Origin: Octopus vulgaris
Taxonomy: Eukaryota
DNA: 64,000 bases
NCBI GenBank assembly: GCA_951406725.2
Contig: OX597824.1
Coordinates: forward strand, 12,896,001-12,960,000
Direction: 5' to 3'
Part shown: positions 38,997-52,057 of the stretch, piece by piece
Layout of the letters: each line of letters begins with the position of its first letter
Position numbering within the stretch: position 1 is the stretch's first letter
Notes under the pieces: model-generated
Database searches by the model: none
What the model saw: only the letters and a program-made list of their open reading frames with translations
Told to the model about the DNA's origin: nothing
Made by a program: the position numbers and the translations under genes

Positions 38997-39388
38997 GAAT
39001 TCTTTAATAAATGTACAAGTTAATACCCAACTAGAATAAATTAAGTGCAAAATAATATAACTGTTCCTGTGTGCCCCAATGAAATTAGTGCCGTCAATTT
39101 TCTTCTCTTTGTACAAAATATTACAGGTTTTGAAGAACTTTTTACGTCAGCGAAAAACACCTGTGTATTATGTTAAACCCTCTGAAAAATTACTCGGGGT
39201 TGTATAAATAAGGTGAACAAGGGCGTGGATTAATGTACGTGCCTTAGATCCGTGCCACGATATAAGAGATTAACTTTATACAATAATGACAATGTATAAA
39301 TATGTGACACGATGTTATATCAAAAAGCAAATTCAGAATTATTTATTCTAAGCAACAGGAAAGTTATTCGACAGGGACACACATACAC

Positions 39389-39448
<60 letters not shown>

Positions 39449-40051
39449 AAAAATACAAAAGGAAACCTATCGGCCCTTCTTCAAGTAAAAGACAAAATTT
39501 TAATATAAACAAAAATAATTTCTAACAGTGGCAGATATTTTTAAGAATGTAAGTAACTAAAGAAAAAAAAAGGAACAATAGCAAACCTGTCAGGTATTCT
39601 TTGTACCTCAAGAATGGTAAATGGCAAAAGCCAATTAAAGGTGTTGCACTCACCAACGAAAATAACTTCAATCAGAATTCATTTTTATAATCCATCGACT
39701 TGTATAAGAAGAGTTTTGCTTTATACGACTGTTGAAATCCAAACCTACATGTATCACACTAACTGCGCATGTGCTAAAGTTAATCCAATCTAAAAAGAAC
39801 AATACACGTGGGTGTATAAGAACATTAAGATGGTATAAAAATCAGGAAAAATAATTGAATAAAAGTTTGTAAATTTCCTATACTGTGGCGAGAGTGTTGA
39901 TGCTTCGAGTAAAACCCTGCTCCAGAGAACAGAGCCTAATTTATGCAAGGGTTACAAAAGTGTCTGCGTAGGGCAACACAATTCGCAAGGACCTCAAACT
40001 AATTAAAAAAGCATATATGTTTTTTTTTTCTTTTAATATTTGTGAGGCCTA

Positions 40052-40625
40052 AGGCGGTGAGCTGGCAGAATCATTTGCACGTCTTCACGTTTTGAGTTCA
40101 AATTCTGCAAAGGTCGATAATATAAGTACCAGTTGAGCTCTGGTACTTACCCCTTCCCCCAAAAAATTGCTGGTCTTGTGCCAAAATTTGAAATCAATCT
40201 TTGACGTTTCGGGAAAGGTGATGAACTAGCAAAATGTTTGGTGGCATTTCGTCCGTCTTCACGTTTTGAGTTCAAATGCCACCGAGGTCGACTTTGCTTT
40301 TCATACTTTCTGGGTCGATAAAATAAGTACCGATTGAACACTAGAGTCTATGTAATCGATATACCCTTCCCCCAAAATTGCTGGCCTTGTGCACCAGATT
40401 TAAAACCAATATTTGTGAGCCCCTAGGCAGCACGCTGGCAGAATTCTTAGCACGCTCAGCAGCATTTCGTTGGTCCTTATGCTCTGATTTGATATTTAAC
40501 CGAGCTCGATTTTGCCTTTTATCTTTTCGGAGTTTATAAAATAAATACCAGTTGAGTACTGGTGTCGATGTAAGCGACTGGCCTGTTCCTCAAAACTTGC
40601 TGGCGTTGAACCCAAAATAAGAATA
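40052..40625 (+). mobile_element. Three degenerate tandem family-B-related SINEs
   Basis: Repeated gagttcaaa...gtcgataa...gtaccagttg cores. Confidence 0.7.
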
Positions 40626-40834
40626 TTTGTAAGGTCTTTAGGTGTAAGATTTTAATTAGCGGTCTTGCAAGCATGATATAATTTAGACCGAGTCTAAATC
40701 TATTACTAGAGAGAGAGATTTTAAACTGTTTATGCTAAATGCTACCATAAACCTAAATAAGTGTTTTTTTACGATGAAGATATTCTTTGCTTCACGTTAG
40801 AACTGAATTACGAAAACATTTACGTAAAAAGAGT

Positions 40835-41215
40835 GGAGGCGCAATGGCCCAGTGGTTAGGGCAGCGGACTCGCGGTCGTAGGATCGCGGTTTCGATTCCC
40901 AGACCGGGCGTTGTGAGTGTTTATTGAGCGAAAACACCTACAGCTCCCCGAGGCTCCGGCAGGGGGTGGTGGCGACCCCTGCTGTACTCTTTCGCCACAA
41001 CTTTCTCTCACTCTTTCTTCCTGTTTCTGTTGTACCTGTATTTCAAAGGGCCGGTCTTGTCACTCTCTGTTTCACGCTGAATATCTCCGAGAACTACGTT
41101 AAGGGTACACGTGTCTGTGGAGTGCTCAGCCACTTACATGTTAATTTCACGAGCAGGCTGTTCCGTTGGTCGGATCAACCGGAACCCTCATCGTCGTAAC
41201 CGACGGAGTGCTTCC
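40835..41215 (+). mobile_element. tRNA-derived SINE, family C
   Basis: TSD acgtaaaaaga. Confidence 0.9.
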
Positions 41216-41989
41216 ACGTAAAAAGAAAAAAAAAATGTGCATATATGAGAGAATAAGGAAGAAAATGTATGATTGCCCTGAGACATACGAACCCATCTTT
41301 TGTTGAATATATTACAATGTCCTGATTAATTGCATAAAGTTGGTAAATTTTTTGAGAAAGTTTTAAGTGTTTATCGTAGCCCTTACCATAAACATTTAAA
41401 AAAATGTTTTTCTCTTCAAAGAAAGGTTTTTTCTGAAAAGGTTAGAACTATTGTCTCTCCATAACAAATATTCAAATTTGGCATGTCGAACAATATAGCC
41501 TTTGAGAGGAAGAAGTGGGTTGGTGTTAAATTTTCTTTCATACACTCTTATAAATGCAAACATTCGGTTTTTAATGTAAACTTGTTTTTGTTAAGTATTC
41601 AACCATCACTTGACAAACTACACACAGAAAAAGAAAAACAATTTAGAAGAGAGACAAGTTGAAAAGGGAACTGCATGTAAGGGGATGAAAATAGGTAAAT
41701 AACGATTGTTTTAATATACGTACAATGCCAAAAATGTTTTTAGGCGGAAGACGATTATATCCGTTAGACTGGCATGTACTTAATCAATCCAAGAATGATG
41801 GAAAATGCTGTTGACCTTGGTGGTATTTTAATTAAAAACTAAAAATAAATCCAGGTCCCGCAAAAATCAGCATGCACAGTCCTTTACTAGAACATCGGTA
41901 TTCTGGAAATCCGACTGTGCCGATGTCTTACCCAAAGGATTTACTTAAAAAGATTGAAGAGGAATATTAATGACATCAGTCTCACAGAT

Positions 41990-42195
41990 ACAGAAAAGTA
42001 AACAAAGGGCTTTGGCTACTGGCCCTTCTTCCAGACCCGATATACATGAGGAATATTCGCCGCTGGAATAAGGAGTGGTTGGAGATCACGCGGTCGTTAG
42101 CCTCAAATCGCCAGGCCTGGTCGGCGTTTGTGAGAGATGCAGCATTGAAGATGAATGAAGCCAGCTCAACCCACCCCGGGTGAATGCTGTTAAGT
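41990..42195 (+). mobile_element. LINE (RTE-like) extreme 3' fragment
   Basis: Translates ...WNKEWLEITRSLASNRQAWSAFVRDAALKMNEASSTHPG*. Confidence 0.6.
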
Positions 42196-43451
42196 CAAAT
42201 TCCAGACTCAGCAAGAGAGAAAAAATAAACAAAAATGATCAAGGGCATACTCTGTTCCCTAACCTATAACCATGTAGATGTACAACAAATGTAGACCACA
42301 TACATAAAAATACGCAGAAGCCAACTTTGCTTTCCATCTTACCTGGACAAATAAAATAAAGAATATTTCAAGTAATAAGGTCTATAAACAAATTAGCTCG
42401 ACTATATCAGACATTCGGACGTGTAAAAACTGCTAATGAAGTTTTATTTCAAACCTCACAAATGTCACTTCTTCAAACATGAAATAACTATTTTAGATTT
42501 TGTTTGAAATTGTTGTCTGCTTTTGCGACATGAAGCTGTAAAATTGCTTTCTAAATATTTTTGCTGAAGATGAATGAAAATCCATATGAAGTAAGATTAT
42601 AAGTGTCTAAATTATGATCAATAATATATCAAGAATCAGCCAGTTCAAGTAAGCCATTTTTGACTTAAGCAGAGGAAGAACATCAATTTTATGACGGTTT
42701 TTGCAAGTTCTCTTAAAATGGTAATTGAAAGGCGGGGGTCTTATGCAAGTTCAAGTGATAGTGTTCAATCGGGCGAATGATTAAACCTAGAATTAATGCA
42801 ATCCACCCGATGTGCTTTTTATACGGTTTCCTTCAGCCACAAGCTCTTAGTTATTGTAGAAAATATTTAGCGAAAGTGCTGCACTGCGGGGACGAACCCG
42901 AATCTACGTGTTTGCGAAATGAACTTTTTAACCCGGCAGCGATGTCAGACTCAATAAATATGATCGCTTGTTTCATTAAAAAGAGCTATCAAATATCCCA
43001 CATATCATATCCTACCATCTTATTAAAAATTGGAAGGACACTAGTGTAGTCCTACATATGCTGGGCCCGATCAAAACATAGAATGAGGACAGCTGGAAGA
43101 TCATTGACTGGAGGTGATATTTAACGGGGGGAAAAAATTAACAATAATAAAATAAACAAAAAGTTATGGAATGACAAACTCGCTAAAAGGAATGATTTAC
43201 TAGCTGTTTTTTTTAACAAAGTATAATAGAATAAATACCGATATGCGTCTTGCTCATGGGAACTAAGCAAGCATGAGTGTTTCTACTTAGTCGCTCGGCT
43301 TGCTAGAAATAGCAGCCAAATTTTACTAAAATCAAATGCTACCTTTAACCAAAGAAGGACAAGTGACATACTGTTACTTCCCACTACATCCCACTTTTGA
43401 AATTAAAATGTCTGAAAGTTGTCTCCATTTTCTTTGATGACAAGATAATAA

Positions 43452-43731
43452 GGTACTACAGTGGTCCCGGCGCGCGCATCCGCGCTAGCTAGTCATTAGT
43501 AGTCGATCCTACAACGACTTGCGCGTATGTTTGTATTTCAAGGTTGAATACATATCAAAGAAAATTAAATAATATTTTTCGAACAAAGTAAATAATTTTT
43601 TAAACTAAGTAAATAAATTATTTTTATGAACAAACTAAAGTTAGGGTTAGGGTTAAAAAGTCGTTGCAGGATCGACTTATGACTAGCTAGCGCGAGTGCG
43701 CGCACCGGGACCACTGTTCGCTAGTAGTACC
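43452..43731. mobile_element. Merlin-like MITE, same family
   Basis: TSD agataataa/agataatta and internal ttagggttagggtt. Confidence 0.8.
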
Positions 43732-44290
43732 AGATAATTATTGGTTCTTCTAATCTATGGGTGCATATTTAATCTTTCTTCGCTCACTTCATTAAATATG
43801 ATAGCGTTCATTTTAGTAAAATAGTTCTAGAGAGTCTAAATAGACGGAATAGTCACGGATGGAATGTTTTTGATAATAAGTTTGCCCTATTACGATTGAC
43901 ATAATACTATGTAATACTTTGCTATTCAAAAAATTGACAAATATCTAGCCACCTTCAAAATATTACCGATTTTTTTAGCCCACACCCTCTTCATCGAGAA
44001 CACAAAATCGTGTCTCATTTCATATAATCCTTCTTTCATCACCTTTGTGTTGTAGAAGACTAAAATTGTTTAAAACTGTCTTAATTTTATCAAACATAGC
44101 AATTTGTCCACCTACTTTTCAATCTTCACAGATCCACATCGGCTGCTGTGGAAACTCTGTACTAAACAATAACATTAAACGCGTCGTGTGATGAAATAAC
44201 ATCTTGGCAGACTGGATTAGATAACAAAGGAGTTACTCTATTTTTGTAAAACAACTTGAAACAAAAACTAACTCTGCTACAGAGTAAATC

Positions 44291-44750
44291 AGGAGTTCAC
44301 AATCTTTTTGACTTCGGAGTATAATGGAGAGAAAAACGAAAATTATCGTCGCATTGGGCCGAGAAAAGGGGTAAACAACCCACGGGATGTAACTCCCAGT
44401 GTTAAATTGAGGAAAACGAGAGTGACTCCCCTTGGTCAAAATCTACGTTTCCGTTACAACGCATGACTTTACGAGCCCAACGCTTGTCAAACGAGGCGCT
44501 GCAGATTTTTAAAATATTTAAAACTCTATTGTGAGGTTTTAGAAGATCCATATTAATGCTTGAGGATCTTAAAGACGTTTTAGTAATAATTTTGTTCTAT
44601 AAAAAAGATTTATAAAACAAAGTTGGCAATTAGTTTCTGTATTATTTTATAAATGTTTTTAAATAAATATCTTAAATCTCGACGCAATGCGATGATAGTT
44701 TTTATTTTTCTCTCCATTGTACTCCGAAGTCAAAAAGATTGTGAACCTCT
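44291..44750. mobile_element. Non-autonomous TIR element (~70-bp TIRs), superfamily unassigned
   Basis: gttcacaatctttttgacttcggagtataatggagagaaaaa is inverted at 44705-44746. No clear TSD. Confidence 0.7.
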
Positions 44751-46515
44751 TACTTAATGGCAGAGTTAGTGGACCTTTTCGGTTTGAACGGCAGTTTTTT
44801 AAAATAACTTCCACGTATCTAAACACTTTTAAACTTCGTATACTGGTTGAATGTATTTATAAAACATCTTTTTCTCTTGGCTTTATTGAGAAAATTCTAT
44901 ACTTTGTAAGATATTTGTTGTTGTTTTTTTCTTCAATTTCTGCAATTTCAACCAATCAATGACGTCTATTGCGGTGAAAACATTCCATGGTGTACAAGTT
45001 ATTTTGTTTTACTGAACTGTGTATAAACTTTCTCTCTGGTTAAGTTTTGCATTTAAAAATATAGAAAAACCAAATCTCAGATATAGAATACTACATAAAA
45101 ATTATCTGAGATTATATTTTCAACTGAGTACTACAAGTATTGTTGAGCAGAACACTAGCACCTCAGTTTGTAGAATGTTAATAAATTTGAAAATAGAGCA
45201 GAATAAAAATTCTAACCTTTCAGGCTCTTAGTCTTCAATGGGAAGTAGAGAAAAATAAGCTCTTCTTTGGATTAATTGTTCCTGATGCAGATTCTGACTG
45301 GTTTCTTCAGACTCCAGTCTGTACCCTACTCTGTAAATTAAACTTAATCTAACTCAGTACAATAAATAGTGGAGCGCAAACGTTTTGCAGTTCATTAAGT
45401 TGAACCACCAACATAATTTGACGCAAAGCTTAAACCAGATCTCTTCACACCAACAACAGAGCAATAAGCAAGCTACTCAGTAAGTTTATTTATTAATCAA
45501 AGTCATGCCATCAATTTGAGTTAACACCAGATGTAAGCCAGCTCTCTTTCTTAAACTGTTAATACTCTTTAAAATGACATGAAAATCACATATTTCTCTC
45601 CTTTAACATAGTGGAGTTTTGAACATATCTAAGAAATACTTAGTACTGAGAAGTCACTAAGATTTCGAGGAAGCCACACACATGAAATTACAATAACTTC
45701 TGTTAACTAAGTACAAGGTCAAAATTTTGCAGGAAAGACACACAAATTTGACATTGTTACTTATTTTATCCACTGTACAATGATTTGAATCCAGTATAGC
45801 AAAATGTTGCACCCCATCCTGTTTTACACTTGCACCTCTTTATTCCTGCGAAGGTCCTAGGGGTAGAATCCTTAGGCACCATATGCACAGGATCCTATCA
45901 GAAGCAACTGTCATTACTAAACTAGATTCATTAGTGCACACATACATACATATATATATATATATGTGTGTGTGTTATTTAGAGATAGAAGTCTCCATGC
46001 AATTCATCAAATCCTAATATACATCACACCATATAATAGAATTTTATTTTAATACTTACTAATCATTTCTAAATTTCTCTGCTACTCGTGTTTCATGAAG
46101 TGCGTTTTACCATTCCTTAAACACACAGTCTTTTACAGGAACATTTCTTATACACAACCCCAATCGTCAGAACTTATATTATTTTCATAATTCTTTTGTA
46201 GGCACCGAATGACATTGGAAGTGGAAATGGTCATAAGAATTGCTATGTCATTTTGTATTAAAAAGTAATCTACAGATGTGGTCCAATTTGTTTGGTTGTT
46301 GATCTAAAGTTTTCTCCATTTTCTGATTTTTTAAATTTGATTCCTGATAAACTCTGGTTTATTTTGTTGTTACCTGTACCCTATGAGTATAGTGTACCTG
46401 CATACCCATGCCCAGAGATAACACAGGTAACTGACACCGATAGTAAATACAGATATTTTTATCCCTTAGTTGGTTACTGTAACCGCTAACCCTGCTTACC
46501 TATACATACATACTT

Positions 46516-46553
<38 letters not shown>

Positions 46554-46683
46554 TTGATGTAGTAATGTCACTATAATCTCCACTGATCTAGAAGTTAAAG
46601 ATGGATGATTACGACAATAATAATAATGATAATAATAATAATAACAATAAATAAATAGATATAGTAAGTGAAATCTAGACAGC

Positions 46684-46689
46684 TTTATT
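46684..46689 (-). terminator. Candidate polyadenylation signal AATAAA of the RhoGAP gene
   Basis: tttatt on the + strand, downstream of the stop codon. Confidence 0.5.
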
Positions 46690-46763
46690 GAAAACTTCCT
46701 TAGATTTTAATACAATTGAATAAATAAGGCGAGGGTTGTCTGGCAAAAATATCACATTGCAGT

Positions 46764-46843
46764 TCAATCATAAAAGTCGAAATCAATGGAGTCATCTTTT
46801 GCATTTGCAGATATATTTCTGGGAGACTCTTCAATGGCAGAAC
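46764..46843 (-). CDS. Terminal coding exon of the RhoGAP gene (SSAIEESPRNISANAKDDSIDFDFYD*)
   Basis: Strong acceptor ttttttttttcag|GT, in-frame TGA at 46766-46764, and AATAAA ~75 nt downstream. Confidence 0.75.
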
Positions 46844-47019
46844 CTGAAAAAAAAAAACACAAAGAAAATATTTAGACATAGTTTCAGTTTTCTACAAAGA
46901 TGTTCCCATTATTATTTTACTTTTTAAAGATGTTGATCTGCTCAGGTCAGGTTTAAATTAGATAACATTTTAGAAACGAGCTTTGGAAGTGTCGAATGTG
47001 TTTGGTATTTTACAAATAA

Positions 47020-47496
47020 GAAATCGAAATCAAAACAAATTTGATGACTGGCACCCGTGCCAGTGGGGCGCTAACTACTCCATCCAAGCGGAATCACTGT
47101 CAGAGCGGCTGTTTGGCTTCCGTGCCAGTGGCATGTAAAAAGCACCGTTTGAGCGTGATTGTTACCAGTGTTGCTTTACTGGCAAGTGAAAAAACATTCA
47201 AGCAAGGTCGTTGCCAGTGCTGCTGGACTGACTCCTGTGCGGGTGGCACGTAAGAAACATCATTTTGAGCATGGCCGTAGCAAGTACCACCAGACTGGCC
47301 CTCATGCCGGTGGCACTTTAAAAGCACCCACTACACTCTCGGAGTGGTTGGTGTTAGGAAGGGCATCGAGCTGTAGAAACTCTGCCAGATCAGATTGGAG
47401 CCTGGCACAGCCATCTGGTTCACCAGCCCTCAGTCAAATCGTCCAACCCATGCTAGCATGGAAAACAGACGTTAAACGATGATGATGATGATGATG
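47020..47496 (+). mobile_element. RTE 3'UTR/tail copy (intronic)
   Basis: Ends gttaaacgatgatgatgat. Confidence 0.8.
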
Positions 47497-48253
47497 AAAG
47501 TAAATTTTGAATGCAGCATAGCTGTGAAAACAGCAGAAAAACTGGGTGAGTCACTTTACTTCACTTTGCTTCAGTTCACTCAGCTGGCAAAAATAAGTAG
47601 TATCTGTATTTCAAAGGGCCAGTGTTGTCACATTCAGTGAGTCATACTCAGGTAAGTGTACGTGTGTCTGTGGAGTGTTCAGCTACTTGCACATTAATTT
47701 CACAAGCAGGCTGTTCTATTGATTGGGTAACTGATGAGTTCCAGTTTTGCTTTCCAATAAAGATCAAAGTAAAAAATCCAGTCTCTTAATATATTATTTA
47801 TTTACATCAAGTTAATACTGAGTGTCCCACAATATGATTTCTTTAAGGAGTTTTATAAAATATCCTGTCCCTGAATATAGTTCAACTAAGTTAATATTCA
47901 GTGTCTCACAATATGACTGCTATACATAGACCAAAGTAAAATATATACTATTTTCCAGTGGGTTATCTATTTAGACTACAGCAATACCTAACATCCCCCA
48001 GTATAACCTCCATACCAACTTAGATAAAAAAAATTTTTTAAACCAGTGTCCCCTAATAAAAGACCTATTTAGAGCATGCAATACCTAGTGTCTCACAATA
48101 TGAATTTTGTACAGACCTAGATCATAAATTTACAGTTTGTGCATGCATGACTCATACTAAACCAGTACCTAATCTGACCTCAGTATAAGACAAAATAAGA
48201 TCAAGTGCCACTCAAAGCTGGTTTCTTTAAAGGGATAGTAGTAGGAAACTTAC

Positions 48254-48285
48254 TGTGTGTCTCACCAGTTTCAGGAACAAGTCCG
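48254..48285 (-). CDS. 32-bp micro-exon, phase 2-1 (SGLVPETGETH)
   Basis: Acceptor cttgttattgcag|C and donor A|GTAAGT. It exactly corrects the phase mismatch between the 50076 and 46843 exons. Confidence 0.75.
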
Positions 48286-48529
48286 CTGCAATAACAAGAG
48301 GAACAAAGTTAAATAGATATTAGACTAAACTATGGACTCGGGGAATATGCAAGAGTTTCACTGTATTGCAGAAACAGAATAGAGAGGCATTATAAATGAT
48401 TGAATGAGATAGATAGATAGATAGATAGAGAGAGAGAAAGAGAGACTTGTGTGTGTGTGTGTGCATGTCTGTATAAAGTAGAGAAAGAAAAGAAAAAAAA
48501 ATTACAAACTACTAATACACTAATATACT

Positions 48530-48785
48530 CGCAGCAAGTATAGATGGGCTGGACACGTCGCCCGGCTCACCGATAATCGGTGGACGCACGCAGTTGTCGA
48601 GTGGTACCCGCGTGAGCGGAAAAGACCACCCGGAAGACCTCCACAATGGTGGAGTGACGATTTCAAGAGGACAATTGAGATCACGTGGATGAGAAAGGCG
48701 CGATCCAGAGAGGAGTGGACAGCGTGCTGTGACCAGCGGTGTCAAATGGACGCCTGACGGACTGGTCGGTCAAAGTGAAAGTGAA
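48530..48785 (+). mobile_element. RTE-clade LINE 3' fragment (different family)
   Basis: KYRWAGHVARLTDNRWTHAVVEWYPRERKRPPGRPPQWWSDDF. Confidence 0.85.
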
Positions 48786-49039
48786 TACTGAAAATACATT
48801 TTCAGCATCAACTACAATTCTTTTAGATAATAAGATGAGGCATTCACAAAAGTGGTGTGGAATTCATTTAATGAAGAGTTAAAACCAAGTGCTTTACAAT
48901 GTCAGACAGAGTTTAATAAGGTAGAGAGTAACAGGAATTCTATGATAATCATGCTCTTCCCAAAGGCAAAAACAACACCAAGGAATTAATTTGCTTCAGT
49001 TAAGAATCAATACAGACTGCAGATTGCATTAACCTGTTA

Positions 49040-49247
49040 AGTCATCCGTCCGGGTTGCGGATCCGTAGAATAAGCTGCCGGACAAGATAGTGAAGATGCC
49101 GACGACCGCTCGGTTCAAAGTCTCTCTTGACCAGAAATGACCTGAACTCTTTGTATGACCACCCTCCCAGTACATAACTCCCTGTCCCCCTACATGGCCT
49201 TGCTTTTGCTTTTTGAGCCAATAAAAATTAAATTGAACTGAATTGAA
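49040..49247 (+). mobile_element. CR1-type LINE 3' fragment (second family)
   Basis: SVRVADP*NKLPDKIVKMPTTARFKVSLDQK, then AATAAA and a short repeat tail. Confidence 0.65.
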
Positions 49248-49280
49248 AGAAACATTTTTAAAACAGCAGAGGAAGTTTAA

Positions 49281-49640
49281 CCCTTTAGCACTCAGATTAC
49301 TCAGTCAAATGTAATATTTATTTATTCACATTGTTTTGAATTAATTATGTGTTATCTTGGAGCTCTGAAATTTTGATGGCGTGATTGTTTATCTTAACAA
49401 TGATATTATTGGGTAGGAGTAAAAGGCCAAATCTAGCCAGTTTAAGTGACTGTCTTCCCTTCCTTGGATCTTTCCTTTTTCTATGTTTCTGACAAAGAGC
49501 TCCGCTTGAAACGTTAAATCCTCCTTCTTTCTTTCCTTCTTGAGTGTCCAAAAACACTATACTGGTTCCACGTCCCCGCGTTGTTGTGTTTTCATATTTG
49601 GATTAACTTTAGAATATTTGGGCCTGATATTGCTAAAGAG
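49281..49640. mobile_element. piggyBac-like MITE (second family) with an inserted hammerhead-bearing repeat at ~49446-49608
   Basis: TTAA|CCCTTTAGC...GCTAAAGAG|TTAA. Relatives at 50269-50489 and ~13955-14151. Confidence 0.75.
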
Positions 49641-50075
49641 TTAAAGGAAATTTGGCTGTTATTTTTAGCAGAACCTCCAGACTGGATAGTTAAGTGAAGT
49701 ATAACATGCCCAGAGTGCCATACTGTATCCCATGTGATTAACATGTTGAGATGCAAAGTACCAGCTTTAGTTAGCTGAAGATGTGGAATATTTGAACCTA
49801 TGGATCTATGGATTGCACATGTTCACCCAACTGACAATGTACAAGTCTTAGGCCTCCTCAGTCAGGGATGATATGCAATTCAACAGCAACAGCAACAACC
49901 AAATCAAGCGAGACAATGAGGGATTTGTTATGTGATCACTCAACCTGCTAAGAGTAAATTTTCCTCAAATCATACACTCTAGTATCTTAAATAAGAGAGA
50001 CACTGGGCAGTAAATGATATTGACTTAACTGCAGCCAAGCATAGCATTACATGTTACACATATAATAATACATAC

Positions 50076-50211
50076 CTCAGGTGGTGCTTTGACAAGCTGG
50101 AACCAAATTCTTTCTCCAAATCATCGCTCTCACCATCAGAATCTGCCAGTTCTTCATCAAGGGAAATTGAACTCATCAATCCAGTGAGCAATGTCTTGTA
50201 GGCAGGAGTTT
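50076..50211 (-). CDS. RhoGAP gene exon, 136 bp, phase 1-2 (ETPAYKTLLTGLMSSISLDEELADSDGESDDLEKEFGSSLSKHHL)
   Basis: Acceptor ttactttag|AA and donor AG|GTATGT. In phase with its neighbours. Confidence 0.8.
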
Positions 50212-50268
50212 CTAAAGTAACAAATAAATACATTCCAAAGCTTAGGAAAACTACATAAACATTATTAA

Positions 50269-50489
50269 CCCTTTAGCGTTCAGATTACTCTGTTAAATGT
50301 ATAATTTTTTAAAATCAAATTATTTTTAATTAATCATGCATTATCTTATAGCTTTGAGGTTTCAATGACGTGATTGTTTATTTTTAGAATGTCAATATAG
50401 GTTAGGTGTGAGAGCCCTGATCTAGTCAGTTTGAACATAAAATAGGTAGAAAACTTCGGCCGGATATGGCCAGTTTAAACACTAAAGGG
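50269..50489. mobile_element. piggyBac-like MITE (second family)
   Basis: TTAA|CCCTTTAG...CTAAAGGG|TTAA. Confidence 0.85.
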
Positions 50490-51214
50490 TTAATGTGACG
50501 GATATTAGTCCTCATCTTGTTCGTTGTTAACACAACGTTTTGGCTGATATATCTTCCAAATATCCGTCAAATGTAAATAAAGTACATAATTCCTCATCTC
50601 TTAAATATAGAACTGTAAAACTATATCATCATCATCGTTTAACGTCCGCTTTCCATGCTAGCATGGGTTGGACGTATGACTGAGGGCTGGCGAACCAGGC
50701 TTCAATCTTGATCTGGCAGAGTTTCTACAGCTGGATGCCCTTCCTAATGCCAATCACCCCGAGAGTGTATATATGTTATGTAAAACATAAATAAAACTAC
50801 ATGTTACTGGTGGGTCAGGGACAGTATCAGATACTCATCCTAGGTGTTGCAGAATGGGATTGAACCCAGAAACAAATGGTTGGGGTGCAAGCCCCTTAAC
50901 CACACAGCCATGCTTGTAATTTGTATAGTTGTAAATTAAAAAGCAACAGTTTTGATGGTTGAATATCTAACTCTTTCTAACAACAATCACTAAAATATAA
51001 CGTAAGGCTCTCTAATATTCCATAGTAGTCTATAAGTTCCCTTGAAGAACAATATAATAATTGGTCTACACTGGAATTCATCAAACAACTGCCTAGTAAT
51101 TCAACATTGATTTGCTTAGCCACATTACCACCACTAACTGGAGATCAATGGTGGGATTCACTGAACAATGTTACAGAAGAATTTGTAAGAAATTAAATCA
51201 ATAAAAGACAAGGT

Positions 51215-51697
51215 TAATGGAAGGTGGAGTTAAAAGAAGGCAGAGTCGATAGGAGGAGTTAAAAGAAGGTGGAGTCAATGGGAGGTTGGGGTTAATAGAA
51301 GGTGGAGTCAATGGGAGGTTGGGGTTAATAGAAGGTGGATCAATGGGAGGTAGGGGTTAATAGGTGGAGTTAAAAGAAGCAGAGTCAATGGGAGGTTGAG
51401 GTTAATAGAAGGCAGAGTCAATGGGAGGTTGAGGTTAATAGAAGGTGGAGTTAAAAGGCAGAGTCAATGGGAGGTTGGGGTTAATAGAAGGTGGAGTTAA
51501 AAGGCAGAGTCAATGGGAGGTTGGGGTTAATAGGTGGAGTTAATAGAAGGTGGAGTCAATGAGAGGTTGGGGTTAATAGAAGGCAGAGTGAATGGGAGGT
51601 TGGGGTTAATAGAAGGTGGAGTTAATAGAAGGCGGAGTCAATGGGAGGTTGGGGTTAATAGAAGGCGGAGTCAATGGGAGATTCGGGTTAGTAGAAG
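51215..51697. repeat. G/purine-rich minisatellite (~33-bp unit gaaggtggagtcaatgggaggttggggttaata, with shorter variants)
   Basis: Visible tandem units in the intron just downstream of the 51807 donor. Confidence 0.9.
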
Positions 51698-51806
51698 GAT
51701 TTACATGCAGGGGGCAGAATTAAACTGAAGGCTGGGTTTGTAGAATGAGTGAATAAAGAATTAAGATGTTTCTTTAGAACTAAGCTAAAAGAAACATTAC
51801 ACTTAC

Positions 51807-51986
51807 CACTTATATTGATGCTACTTGACATTTTTGGTGATTTAGATTCATGCAGATAATCTCCAACATCTTTTCCATCTTGCTCATCATCATCATCAAA
51901 GTCCTTCACATTTTTTTCTTGATGGCTGTGTGGATTGCTGTTACTGTAGACTGGTTTCAATGCAAAACTCTTTTGTTCTTGTTTAC
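51807..51986 (-). CDS. RhoGAP gene exon, 180 bp, phase 1-1 (GKQEQKSFALKPVYSNSNPHSHQEKNVKDFDDDDEQDGK...SSSINIS)
   Basis: Acceptor ctgtttactcag|GT and donor G|GTAAGT. The frame is open and overlaps ORF 51688..51960. Confidence 0.8.
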
Positions 51987-52057
51987 CTGAGTAAACAGAA
52001 TCAATACAACAAGTCAGAGATAGTAATATCAGGGAATTTTCTGTATTGTTACCTGTA

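Noticed and set aside
46368-46550. Helentron/DINE-like structure (ttacctgt...acaggtaa, ggttactgtaacc hairpin, CA microsatellite)
   Set aside because: The inverted repeats are short and there is no second copy in the window, so it cannot be supported.
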